From positions 29,904 to 93,903 of the forward strand of contig JBAXKK010000001.1 in NCBI GenBank assembly GCA_037137395.1: a stretch of DNA of 64,000 nt. Direction: 5' to 3'. Positions 10,103-19,280 of the stretch are shown here, piece after piece (position 1 is the first letter of the stretch; each line of letters starts with the position of its first letter). Source of the stretch: Elusimicrobiota bacterium. Lineage in GTDB: Bacteria > Elusimicrobiota > Elusimicrobia > Elusimicrobiales > UBA9959. The position numbers were made by a program, and so were the translations under genes. Under the pieces are notes generated by a model. It worked only from the letters and a program-made list of their open reading frames with translations. It did not search any database and was not told the origin of the DNA.

Positions 10103-10169
10103 ACGCAAAGCAGTCTAGAGGCAAAGCACGTTAGCTTATGGGTTTTGCATCTAAACTGCTTTAGCGCTA
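10100..10169. repeat. 28-bp imperfect inverted repeat with a 16-nt internal direct repeat
   Basis: tagacgcaaagcagtctagaggcaaagc (10100-10127) versus gttttgcatctaaactgctttagcgcta (10142-10169). Confidence 0.7.
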
Positions 10170-10197
10170 CACTGGCTGATAAAAGGAAGTTGCTTAT

Positions 10198-12102
10198 ATG
10201 TGCGGAATCTGCGGAAAATATAATTACGCCGGCACTGAGCCCGTCACAAAGGAAGAGCTCAGAAAAATGAACGATCTTCTGGAGCACCGGGGGCCGGACG
10301 ACGAAGGCTTTCACTCCGAAGGCAATATCGGACTGGCCATGCGCCGGCTTTCCATTATAGACCTTGCCACGGGGCATCAGCCCATCTCCAACGAGGACGG
10401 TTCCATCTGGATAGTTTTCAACGGCGAAATCTATAATTTTCAGGAGCTGCACGAGCGGCTTATCCTCAAAGGGCATGTCTTCAAAACAAAGTCCGACACC
10501 GAGACCATTATCCATCTTTATGAGGAGATGGGGACAGATTTCGTCAAAGAGCTCCGGGGGATGTTCGCCATCGCGATCTGGGACAGCCGGAAAAAAAGGT
10601 TGGTGCTGACCCGGGACAGAGTGGGCAAGAAACCTCTTTTTTATTCCATGAACGGAACATTTCTCGCTTTCGCCTCGGAATTAAACGCGCTCCTGGCGGT
10701 CAAAGGCGTTTCCCGCGACATAGATCTGCGCGCCGTGGACGCCTACCTCACGCTCCAGTACATCCCAAGCCCGCTCAGCATCTTTAAAAGCGTGAAAAAA
10801 CTTGAGCCGGCGTCTATCCTGACGCTGGAGAACGGGAAAGTTACGATTGAAAGATATTGGGACCTGCCGCTCGGCGCCAATAAGCTGGATCTGCCGCTGG
10901 ATGAAGTAAAGGAAAAGCTTTATGACGAACTTCTTGAGGCCACCAAAATCAGGATGATATCTGAGGTTCCGCTTGGCGCCTTTCTGTCTGGCGGGATAGA
11001 TTCTTCAGTCGTAGTAGCGCTGATGGCCAGGAGCTCCGACCAGCCGGTAAAGACTTTTTCCATAGGTTTCAAGGAAGCCGGGTTTTCTGAACTCGGTTAC
11101 GCCCGACAGGTGGCTGAGATGTACGGCACTAAACACACGGAATTTATAGTCGAAGCAAATATGGCGGATATGCTGGAGAAGCTGGTGCGGCATTACGGTG
11201 AACCATACGCAGACGCCAGCGCGCTGCCTTCTTATTTCGTTTCCCGCGAGACCAGAAAAGCTGTGACCGTGGCCCTGAACGGAGACGGGGGGGACGAGGC
11301 CTTCGGCGGCTATTTGCGCTATGTCGCGATGAAGCTGGATTCTTATTGCGGCGTAATGCCGGCAATCTTTAAAAAAGGGCTTCTGAATTTTACACGGATT
11401 TTCCCCAAAAAGGCGCCGTACGGCGTTTTCTGGCGCGCAGGGAAATTTATGAAGGCTTCCCTATATGAAAATCTGCCTCTCAGTTATTTATCCACAGTCT
11501 CATTTTTCGGGCCGGATGAAAAACAGGGCCTGTTCACCCCGGCTTTTGAAAATGCGCTGGGCAAGGATATCCGCTACGGTGAAAGGTATATAACCGAACT
11601 ATTCAAGGCGCCGGCCGGACAGGACCTCATGGGCAAACTATCCTATGTTGATTTCAGATCTTATCTGCCGGAATGCCTGATGACCAAGATGGATATTGCC
11701 TCCATGGCAAATTCCCTTGAGACGCGGTCCCCGTTCCTTGATCATAAGGTGGTCGAGTTCGCGTATCGCCTGCCAAGCCATCTGAAGCTCAAGGGGATTA
11801 ACGGAACCAAGTGGATATTAAAAGAAACCTTTAAAGATATGTTGCCCAGACAGATATATAAAAGGGGTAAGATGGGTTTTGGAATACCGCTGGGGCCCTG
11901 GTTTAGGGGAGAGTTAAAGGATTATTGGGCGGGAACATGCCTTTCCGCCAAGGCGCTGGGGCGTGGCTATTTTAACAGGGAACACCTTTTTATGTTGTGG
12001 GACGAACACCAGAGCGGCGCGTGCGACCACGGGTACAAACTCTGGGCGCTCCTGATGCTTGAATTATGGCATAAGGAATTCGCGGATGATTTTAAACTGT
12101 AA
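10198..12102 (+). CDS. asnB: Asparagine synthase (glutamine-hydrolysing) family amidotransferase, probably glycan-modifying
   Basis: N-terminal MCGICG, HRGPD, RRLSIID, FNGEIYN, FLSGGIDSS, GDGGDE; follows the GT4 gene. Confidence 0.95.
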   Translation: MCGICGKYNYAGTEPVTKEELRKMNDLLEHRGPDDEGFHSEGNIGLAMRRLSIIDLATGHQPISNEDGSIWIVFNGEIYNFQELHERLILKGHVFKTKSDTETIIHLYEEMGTDFVKELRGMFAIAIWDSRKKRLVLTRDRVGKKPLFYSMNGTFLAFASELNALLAVKGVSRDIDLRAVDAYLTLQYIPSPLSIFKSVKKLEPASILTLENGKVTIERYWDLPLGANKLDLPLDEVKEKLYDELLEATKIRMISEVPLGAFLSGGIDSSVVVALMARSSDQPVKTFSIGFKEAGFSELGYARQVAEMYGTKHTEFIVEANMADMLEKLVRHYGEPYADASALPSYFVSRETRKAVTVALNGDGGDEAFGGYLRYVAMKLDSYCGVMPAIFKKGLLNFTRIFPKKAPYGVFWRAGKFMKASLYENLPLSYLSTVSFFGPDEKQGLFTPAFENALGKDIRYGERYITELFKAPAGQDLMGKLSYVDFRSYLPECLMTKMDIASMANSLETRSPFLDHKVVEFAYRLPSHLKLKGINGTKWILKETFKDMLPRQIYKRGKMGFGIPLGPWFRGELKDYWAGTCLSAKALGRGYFNREHLFMLWDEHQSGACDHGYKLWALLMLELWHKEFADDFKL

Positions 12103-12189
12103 CCGTAAACACTAAATCGGAAAGCGTGAATAGCGTAAGAGTTTAGCAGGCCTTAAAACTATTGCCGATTTGCGATTGCCGATTCACGA
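12101..12189. repeat. Heptamer-periodic inverted-arm element (AATCGTG / CGATTCA type)
   Basis: Left aaccgta-aacacta-aatcgga-aagcgtg-aatagcg; right ctattgc-cgatttg-cgattgc-cgattca-cga (12159-12189). Confidence 0.6.
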
Positions 12190-12194
12190 CCCTT

Positions 12195-12650
12195 ATGAAA
12201 ATTGTCCTTATCAATCCCGATATACCGTGGAACGCGGGCAATATAGGCCGCACCTGCGTGGCCACAGGCACTGAGCTGGTTTTTGTGGGTAAAATGGGGT
12301 TTGAGATAAATTCAAAGGAAATACGGCGTTCAGGCCTGGATTACTGGCAGTACCTGAAATACTCCATTCACGCAGATTTTGAAAGTTTTTTAAGAACCCT
12401 TGGTGAAAATCCGCCGCTTATTTTCCTTTCCACTCGCGGCAAAGCGGCTTACTGGGATGCTCCGTACCGGGAGGATTCCTGCCTTATATTCGGCAGCGAG
12501 GGGGCCGGTCTTCCTGATTTGATGTATGAAAAGTACGCCGATAATCTTTACCGCATACCAATGTGGTCCGACCATGTACGCTCGCTAAATCTTTCCACTT
12601 CCGCCGGAGTTGTTCTCTACGAAGCTCTAAGACAGATAAAACGGTTATAG
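12195..12650 (+). CDS. trmL: tRNA (cytidine/uridine(34)-2'-O)-methyltransferase, SPOUT family
   Basis: PDIPWNAGNIGRTC, RRSGLDYW, FGSE, RSLNLSTS. Confidence 0.93.
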   Translation: MKIVLINPDIPWNAGNIGRTCVATGTELVFVGKMGFEINSKEIRRSGLDYWQYLKYSIHADFESFLRTLGENPPLIFLSTRGKAAYWDAPYREDSCLIFGSEGAGLPDLMYEKYADNLYRIPMWSDHVRSLNLSTSAGVVLYEALRQIKRL

Positions 12651-12698
12651 CGGCCGCCATCCAGTAGTTCGGGCAGAAGGTCTGCTCAGGACTGCTTT

Positions 12699-13206
12699 TT
12701 ATATGCCGGGTTTTCCGTTTAAAAACTCTTTATTTATAAGCCGAAGGGAGCGGTTGATGTCCGAATAAACCCTCGGTCTTTTATGAAAGAATTTACGCCT
12801 TAACAGATCCATCAGGCCGGATACTCCATAGTGCCTTACAACTGTGTAGTATTTGAGCAGGAATTTTCTGACTCTCCTGGGAAACACGTTATAAATGGCC
12901 GCGTAATAAAACCGCTTTGATCTCTTGCAGTTTAAAACTTTCAGAATACCATGCTTGCGCAGGTAAGCGCAAAGCAATTCAAGGACGATGTAATCCTTCC
13001 AGTGCAACACCTCCTCCTTCTCATAATCCGTGAAATTTAAATAATGGGAAATTTCATTGGCAGCGGCCTCGTGCAGGCTCTTGATATATTCTTCCTCCCC
13101 GGAAAGAGAAGATTTAATTATCCCCAATAACTCGTGAAATGGCGACAGGGGGATAATCCGTGGGAGCGCGGCCGCTGGGTAGATTAATAAGTAAAACTCT
13201 AATCAT
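12699..13206 (-). pseudogene. Probable internally deleted B12-binding radical SAM gene (N-terminal 30 codons fused out of frame to the C-terminal ~140 codons)
   Basis: ATG 13206 overlaps the end of the upstream GT and reads MIRVLLINLPSGRAPTDYPPVAISRV, typical of a cobalamin-binding domain start, then stops at 13114. The 12699-13127 ORF is in another frame and has no CxxxCxxC. Confidence 0.6.
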
Positions 13207-14431
13207 TTGATTTAAAAATCACTTTTTTTAAAAAAGCTTTCGTAGCCGGGAACTTGTCAACTACTTCCTCTACGAAAAACGTGTAAAGCTGGGAAAGGTC
13301 TATTGTTCGCAACTTCAAAATTATAAAGAACTCTTCCAGGGCGAATGCGAATTGAAGGCGTTTGAGAAATTTTATTATATATAACATCCTGTATGAAGCG
13401 AAATTTTTTTTAAAAATGGCGTCTGCGTGTATCCCGGGCCATCCCGGCATCTTCTTCTGCCGACGGGCCTCGATTTCGGCCAGGAGTTTCGGGATCGCAA
13501 TGCTGATGTCGTAATCTTTAATGGCTCTCCGGTAACCGCGGTCCGCTATGGCTTCTCTTTCGGCACTGTTTGAAAGATAAAATTGTATTTTATCTAATAG
13601 CTCCGCTTTTGTGGAAAACACGGCCATCTCTTCGCCTGGAAGAAACATTTGTTCGATGTTTGGAGCGTATTCGGATAGCGCAAAAGATCCGCATAGGGCC
13701 ACTTCGGTTATTCTGCCCTTCAATTGCTTGCTGTTTGCGGGCATGCCGGTAGTTCTGTATAGGTGGGTGAGCGCGGTCGCACCCGTAAAATTAAGATTGA
13801 TTTTGCTTTTGTTGAAAATTTCAACCATTTGCCCCAGCGTAACCTGACCTCCGGGAGCGCCAAAACCGAAAACCTGGACATTAATACCGTTTTTGCAAAG
13901 ATAGTCAACATACGCGGCCCGATCTTTTCTTCCAAGGAACCCGCCTACGAAAGAAACATCAATTGTTTTTTCCCGGCTGGCTAATTTTAAATACTTCGCG
14001 CGGTCATACGCGCTTAAAAACATTAAAGCGTCTCCGCCCATTTTTTTAAAGGCGTGCAATGTTTCAAAAGAATCGTAAATGATGAATAAATCCATGATCC
14101 CGGCGTAGTATTTATCTCTGGGCTCAAAGTAATAAACCGTGTCACCAGCCATCATCGCCGTGAAAACATGGGATCTCAGCTCAGCGAAAAAAGCAAGTGG
14201 GAAATGAAATGAAATAGGGTCGGCCGCGAAGATTATGGTTTTAATATCTTTTTCTCGGATAAAATTACTTATAAACTTCTGGGAGCCATAGTGGCCATGC
14301 TTTAGGTATAACACGCGGTAGTCAAGGAAAAGAGCGCCATTTTTTTCGAATTCGCGCTGATAGCCATTGCCGACGTCATTCGGCGTGTCGGAGTTCTGAT
14401 GAGATAAGAGCAGCGTTTTCCCAGGTGTCAT
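13199..14431 (-). CDS. CgeB/YkvP-type glycosyltransferase (Glyco_trans_1_2)
   Basis: IDVSFVG, SKINLNF, KGRITEVALCGSFALSEY, ELLDKIQFYL..REAIA. Confidence 0.85.
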   Translation of the reverse strand: MTPGKTLLLSHQNSDTPNDVGNGYQREFEKNGALFLDYRVLYLKHGHYGSQKFISNFIREKDIKTIIFAADPISFHFPLAFFAELRSHVFTAMMAGDTVYYFEPRDKYYAGIMDLFIIYDSFETLHAFKKMGGDALMFLSAYDRAKYLKLASREKTIDVSFVGGFLGRKDRAAYVDYLCKNGINVQVFGFGAPGGQVTLGQMVEIFNKSKINLNFTGATALTHLYRTTGMPANSKQLKGRITEVALCGSFALSEYAPNIEQMFLPGEEMAVFSTKAELLDKIQFYLSNSAEREAIADRGYRRAIKDYDISIAIPKLLAEIEARRQKKMPGWPGIHADAIFKKNFASYRMLYIIKFLKRLQFAFALEEFFIILKLRTIDLSQLYTFFVEEVVDKFPATKAFLKKVIFKSND

Positions 14432-14517
14432 AGAATTACCTTTTTTGCTTTGCCCTGCAAAACATGTTCCCGGCGGATAGTGAAAAAGCATTTAATTCAT
14501 TAGGCATGATGGTTGTG

Positions 14518-16089
14518 TTATGTGGCGTCGGCGGGATTTGCGCGGAATCTTGTTTGTATAAGCTGATAAATTTTTAAGAACTCCGGGAGTCTGAAAAAAG
14601 CGGATATGGCAAGGAAAACTATAATTCCCGCGAGAACGGATGAGGCAAGAGTTATCGTCTGGCTTAAGATGGTGTTATCAAAAATACTGTGCATGCCGGA
14701 ATATGTGAAAAAAACAGCCATGCCAGATACAATGGCAAAAGCCGTTATTTTGGATAAAGATCTTAGGATTGATACACCGTGAAGGTTTGATATCCTCCTT
14801 TTCAGAATAACGAAGTAGAGCACGGCTGCGATAAATGAGCTTGCGGCGGTTGAAAGCGCGATACCGCATGCCGGCGTGCTCATTAGTTTCATCAAAACAA
14901 AATTTAAAACTATGGTTACAATTAGGGAGGTGATTACCACTTTGATAATATTTTTCATGTCCTGGAATGCAAACATGAGCCTCAACATTATCGCGACTGC
15001 GTAGTTGGAGAAAAGCTGGAGGCAGCAGAACACGAATATTTTAGAGGTTAACTCCGTGGCGGCCGCATCAAAGGCGCCCCGCTGAAATATAAGCTGTATG
15101 GAAGGTTTTGCCAAAATCATCATTGTGACAGCCAAGGGGATGAAAATGAATCCGGACATCCTTATGCTCAGAGAAATGGTGGCCTTGATATCCTCTATCT
15201 TGTTTTCCGCGGCCTGAGCGGATAAGAAGGGGTATATTGAGGCAGCAATAGCGCCAGAAAATATTATCAAAGGAACCTGCACCAGTTTGTCCGCATATGC
15301 GAGCGCCGTTATGCTTCCGCCCGGGAGCCAAGATGCCATAAACCTATTGACCACTGCGTTAAGCCCCCCCGAAATCGTGATTATCAGGAAAATGCCCGCC
15401 AGATTTAATGACCTTTGTATTTCGGGGTGGGTCAGGTCTAAAACGGCGGAATGACGGAATCCGTACTTTTTCGGGAAAGGCGCAAGGAATAAGAATTGAA
15501 GGATGGTGCCGGCAAGCAGGCCCCAACCCAGCACAAATATCCCCAAGCGGGCGGTGAAAAAGAGCATGAAAAAAATAGTGCTCAACGTTATAAATATCCC
15601 CGAAATCGCCGGCCATAAAAAATGCTCAAACGCGTTGATTATGCCTGACAAAATGTTCACCGCGCCTGTGAAAATTATTCCGGCGCTTATTATTCTGAGC
15701 ATTTTCGCCGCGTTCACAGCGGTGTCCGCGTCCAACCCGGGAGAAAAAAGGTTAATAACATGGCCAGAAAAAGAGAAGGTGAGAATAGCTGCGACTAAGA
15801 GGATAAGAATAATAATGTTTGAAACCGTGCTTATGATATGGTTCGCCTCCTCCATGTTTTTTAGCTTGTATTTGACTAGAACCGGGATGAATATTATTGC
15901 GAAAGGGGACAGAAAAACACTGTTTATCAGGTTCGGCACGGTCAGCGCCGCATAGAAGGAGTCCATGGCTCGTGAGACGCCAAAATAACTGGCGCCGAGC
16001 ATTTCCTTCACCATGGATAAGGCGTGGCCGAGTATGCTTGCGGCGACAAGTATCGTGTAGGCTTTTGCAATTTTTAGATTTGTGCTCAT
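14518..16089 (-). CDS. murJ: MurJ/MviN-like MOP flippase
   Basis: ASYFGVSRAMDSFYAALTVPN, FIPV, GSITALAYADKLVQVP, LIFQRGAFD; ~14 TM segments. It may be a glycan-specific paralogue rather than the lipid II flippase. Confidence 0.85.
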   Translation of the reverse strand: MSTNLKIAKAYTILVAASILGHALSMVKEMLGASYFGVSRAMDSFYAALTVPNLINSVFLSPFAIIFIPVLVKYKLKNMEEANHIISTVSNIIILILLVAAILTFSFSGHVINLFSPGLDADTAVNAAKMLRIISAGIIFTGAVNILSGIINAFEHFLWPAISGIFITLSTIFFMLFFTARLGIFVLGWGLLAGTILQFLFLAPFPKKYGFRHSAVLDLTHPEIQRSLNLAGIFLIITISGGLNAVVNRFMASWLPGGSITALAYADKLVQVPLIIFSGAIAASIYPFLSAQAAENKIEDIKATISLSIRMSGFIFIPLAVTMMILAKPSIQLIFQRGAFDAAATELTSKIFVFCCLQLFSNYAVAIMLRLMFAFQDMKNIIKVVITSLIVTIVLNFVLMKLMSTPACGIALSTAASSFIAAVLYFVILKRRISNLHGVSILRSLSKITAFAIVSGMAVFFTYSGMHSIFDNTILSQTITLASSVLAGIIVFLAISAFFRLPEFLKIYQLIQTRFRANPADAT

Positions 16090-16093
16090 TTTG

Positions 16094-16164
16094 CAGGATT
16101 CAGTATGCAGGATTAAGGATTAAGCTGTGCCCCTTAAACCATTACTGCTTACCACTTACTACTT
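16094..16164. repeat. Hybrid heptamer element with two non-complementary arrays (CAGGATT x4 and ACCACTT x4)
   Basis: caggatt-cagtatg-caggatt-aaggatt (16094-16121); accatt-actgctt-accactt-actactt (16138-16164). Confidence 0.65.
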
Positions 16165-17370
16165 GGTCGTCAGCTTAACCAGGATGTTTCGAATGACCCT
16201 TCTCATTCCCCCTGTAAACCCTGATAAGAAAATCATCAACCCATGCTTAAATAGAAGATGGAATGTTTCAAAGGCGGCTTTAAGCTTGCGATTCTTAGCC
16301 ATAACGCACATTGAGAAGGTAAGGCTGTTTATCTCTCTGATCTTAAAATTTCTGCTGAGATATATTTTATCCGCTTTGGCATTTGCTCCGCCCGCGTTTG
16401 AGAGACAGCACGCCATATTTTCCAACATCCTTGGTATATAAATTTCCTCGCGGTAGTTTTTGACTGCGTACTCATGCGCGGCCAAAGCCAGGGCCTCTCT
16501 TTTTTCAGGGTTGGCGAGATAAAATCTCACCTTTTCAAGGAGTTCCGCTTTATCGCGGAAAAAATCCATCTCTTCTCCAAGCTTGAACACTGTCTCCAGA
16601 GCGGGAGAATATTCTGAAAGGCAGAACGAACCTGTTAGGGCTATTTCCCTCGGTCTGCCGGTGTTCTGGCGCACTCTGTTTAATAGCGGTTCATCCGCAT
16701 TTCTCCACTCTAAGTCCCCGAGTCGGCTGAAATTAAGATTAATCCTGCTTCTGCAGAAATATTCCGATATTTTTTCAACAGGAAGATAGCCGTTACTTGA
16801 TCCCTGCCCGTAAACCGTCACAGCTACCCCGGCATTCCTGAGGAATTCAACATATTCCCGCCTGCCGCGCTTGCTCATATCGCCGATAAAACAGACATCT
16901 ATGTCTTTGTTAATTTTAACGGGGAAGTATTTGTTGCTGGCGGTTAAATCCTGGCACACCAAGGCCTGTATCTCCAGCCTTTTGTATGCGAATGAGGCAA
17001 AATAATCCGCGGTTATGACTGCGTCCGCAGTCTGCGCATAATACCTGTTGTAGCTCTCAAAGTAGGTCGGGTCGTCCGCGAACCAGAAAACCGTTGTTAG
17101 TTTTTTTCGCAGGGAACTGTAAAAATCAACGGAAAGCTGGTAATCGCTGGCAAAAGGGCAGCATAGTGTGATGTCTATTTTTTTTTCGGTTATGATGTTG
17201 CGTATGCGCCGCTCGGTGTTCTTTATCCCTTCGGTGTGGCAGGTCTGGGCGTAATTTAACAGGTGTACTGATCTGAAATATCTCTTAAGGGGCGTGAACC
17301 GCATGGGAAAACCGCTGTTCTCCGCCGGATAAAGCGCCAGGATGTTTTTATCCTTAAAAAAGTCTGTCAT
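16159..17370 (-). CDS. CgeB/YkvP-type glycosyltransferase
   Basis: WFADD, DIDVCFIG, SRINLNF, GRPREIALTGSFCLSEY; paralogue of 13199-14431. Confidence 0.85.
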   Translation of the reverse strand: MTDFFKDKNILALYPAENSGFPMRFTPLKRYFRSVHLLNYAQTCHTEGIKNTERRIRNIITEKKIDITLCCPFASDYQLSVDFYSSLRKKLTTVFWFADDPTYFESYNRYYAQTADAVITADYFASFAYKRLEIQALVCQDLTASNKYFPVKINKDIDVCFIGDMSKRGRREYVEFLRNAGVAVTVYGQGSSNGYLPVEKISEYFCRSRINLNFSRLGDLEWRNADEPLLNRVRQNTGRPREIALTGSFCLSEYSPALETVFKLGEEMDFFRDKAELLEKVRFYLANPEKREALALAAHEYAVKNYREEIYIPRMLENMACCLSNAGGANAKADKIYLSRNFKIREINSLTFSMCVMAKNRKLKAAFETFHLLFKHGLMIFLSGFTGGMRRVIRNILVKLTTK

Positions 17371-17396
17371 AATCGATAATTCCGGGGTGCGGCGTG

Positions 17397-17425
17397 TTGT
17401 AAACGCACGGATTAAATTATACTAT
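17397..17425 (+). promoter_or_regulatory. Sigma70-like promoter of the sugar-biosynthesis operon
   Basis: TTGTAA-17 nt-TACTAT in the AT-rich divergent gap. Confidence 0.5.
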
Positions 17426-17478
17426 ATGAAAATAATAACAAATATATATCATTGTTCGTACGCTAAGAGGTTGTAGAT

Positions 17479-18432
17479 ATGAAAAGATCTGCCAAAAAAA
17501 CGAAAGTTGTTGTAACCGGGGGAGCCGGATACATCGGGTCCATCCTTGTTCCAACCCTTCTCAGGGAAGGGTATAGAGTGCGCGTTCTGGATAGTTTTAT
17601 GTTTGGGCAGACATCCCTGTTGGAATGCTGCTCCTCGCCTGATTTTGAAATAACACGGGGGGATGCCCGCGATGAGAGGCTGATAAAAGCGTGCGTGGCG
17701 GACGCTGACTATATTATTCCGCTCGCCTGTCTTACCGGAGCTCCCATTTGTGACCGCAATCCGGGCGAGGCCAGAGGCGTTATTCTGGACGCGTTGGATG
17801 TTATTCTAAAATTCCGTTCGAAAGAACAGCGGCTGATATACCCGACCACCAACAGCGGCTACGGCCTGGGGGAAAAGGGTCGTTTCTGCACCGAGGCTAC
17901 GCCTCTGCGCCCGGTTTCACTTTACGGCCAGCTTAAAAACGCTGCGGAGGAAAAAATATTGTCTGCCGGTAATTCCGTCTCCTTCCGTCTTGCCACGGCT
18001 TTCGGCGTAAGCCCCCGCATGCGCCTGGACCTGCTGGTTAATGATTTTACCTACCGGGCGGTTACAGACAGGTTTATTGTGTTATTTGAAGCTCATTTTA
18101 AACGGAACTTTATACATGTGCGTGATGTCGCAAAGGCGTTTCTCCATGCCATGGATAATTTTGACAGGATGAAGGGGGAAATGTTCAACCTGGGCCTGAG
18201 CGACGCGAACCTGAGCAAAATGGAACTCTGTAAAGAGATACAAAAACAGCTCCCTGATTTCTATTTTTCCGAGTCAGCTATCGGTAAGGATCCAGACAAG
18301 CGGGATTATATCGTCAGCAACGCCAAGATAGAGAAGACAGGTTTTAAACCCGATGTTTCTCTGCAAAATGGGATAACAGAACTGATAAAAGGATTTCGCA
18401 TAATCAGGCGTAACCAGTATTCTAATGTCTAG
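17479..18432 (+). CDS. NAD-dependent epimerase/dehydratase/reductase (extended SDR)
   Basis: TGGAGYIGS, YGQLK, RMRLDLLVNDF. Confidence 0.92.
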   Translation: MKRSAKKTKVVVTGGAGYIGSILVPTLLREGYRVRVLDSFMFGQTSLLECCSSPDFEITRGDARDERLIKACVADADYIIPLACLTGAPICDRNPGEARGVILDALDVILKFRSKEQRLIYPTTNSGYGLGEKGRFCTEATPLRPVSLYGQLKNAAEEKILSAGNSVSFRLATAFGVSPRMRLDLLVNDFTYRAVTDRFIVLFEAHFKRNFIHVRDVAKAFLHAMDNFDRMKGEMFNLGLSDANLSKMELCKEIQKQLPDFYFSESAIGKDPDKRDYIVSNAKIEKTGFKPDVSLQNGITELIKGFRIIRRNQYSNV

Positions 18433-18461
18433 TTTGGATAGACTGACGCGGGAAGGGGAAA

Positions 18462-19280
18462 GTGAAAAAAGATCTCTTAGCTGAACTTCGGCGGCAGGCC
18501 TCGCGGGTCAGGCGGGAAACATTACGCCTGCATAAACTGGCGCCTGAAACCCGCGTCGCGTCCTCTCTTTCTGACGTCGAGGTGTTTGTGGCCCTGTACT
18601 ACGGCGGCCTCCTTAAATTTAATCCATCAAATTTCCGGGACGAAGGCCGGGACCGCATGATAGTCAGCAAGGGGCATGGTGGCATATCGCTGTATCCCAT
18701 ATTGGCCGATTTGGGTTTTTTTGACAAGGCGGAATTGGGCAGAATCGGAAAACACGGTTCGCTCCTCGGCGGCATCCCTGACGACATCCCGGGCTTTGAG
18801 ACAATAAATGGCTCGCTCGGTCACGGCCTGGGAGTTGGCTGCGGGATGGCGCTAGCGCTTAAACACAAGGGCTCCGCGGCTAATGTGGTCGTGCTTGTCG
18901 GTGACGGCGAATTGTTTGAAGGCGCCGTTTGGGAGGCGGTCATGTTCGCCGGGCATCACCGGCTGGACAATGTGACGCTAATAGTTGATAGAAATAAAAT
19001 TTCTATGCTGGGGCTGACCAGAGAAATATTGGATTTAAGCCCGTTAGCTGTCAAGTTCCGGTCTTTTGGTTGGGCGGACAGCGTCGCTGATGGCCATGAC
19101 ATTGGAACCATATACGGGGCTCTTGCCAGGATTATCCCTGCCCGCGGCGGTAAGCCGAAGGTTTTAATCGCGGAAACGGTTAAGGGTAAAGGCGTGCCCT
19201 TGCTCGAAGAGGACACGCTTTGTCATATTCGCACGCTTACTCCAAATCAAGTGGACGCGTTGATGGAGAAACATAAATGA
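18462..19280 (+). CDS. Transketolase-like, N-terminal ThDP-binding subunit
   Basis: RDRMIVSKGH, GSLGHG, GDGE..EG..WEA...DRN. Confidence 0.92.
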   Translation: MKKDLLAELRRQASRVRRETLRLHKLAPETRVASSLSDVEVFVALYYGGLLKFNPSNFRDEGRDRMIVSKGHGGISLYPILADLGFFDKAELGRIGKHGSLLGGIPDDIPGFETINGSLGHGLGVGCGMALALKHKGSAANVVVLVGDGELFEGAVWEAVMFAGHHRLDNVTLIVDRNKISMLGLTREILDLSPLAVKFRSFGWADSVADGHDIGTIYGALARIIPARGGKPKVLIAETVKGKGVPLLEEDTLCHIRTLTPNQVDALMEKHK

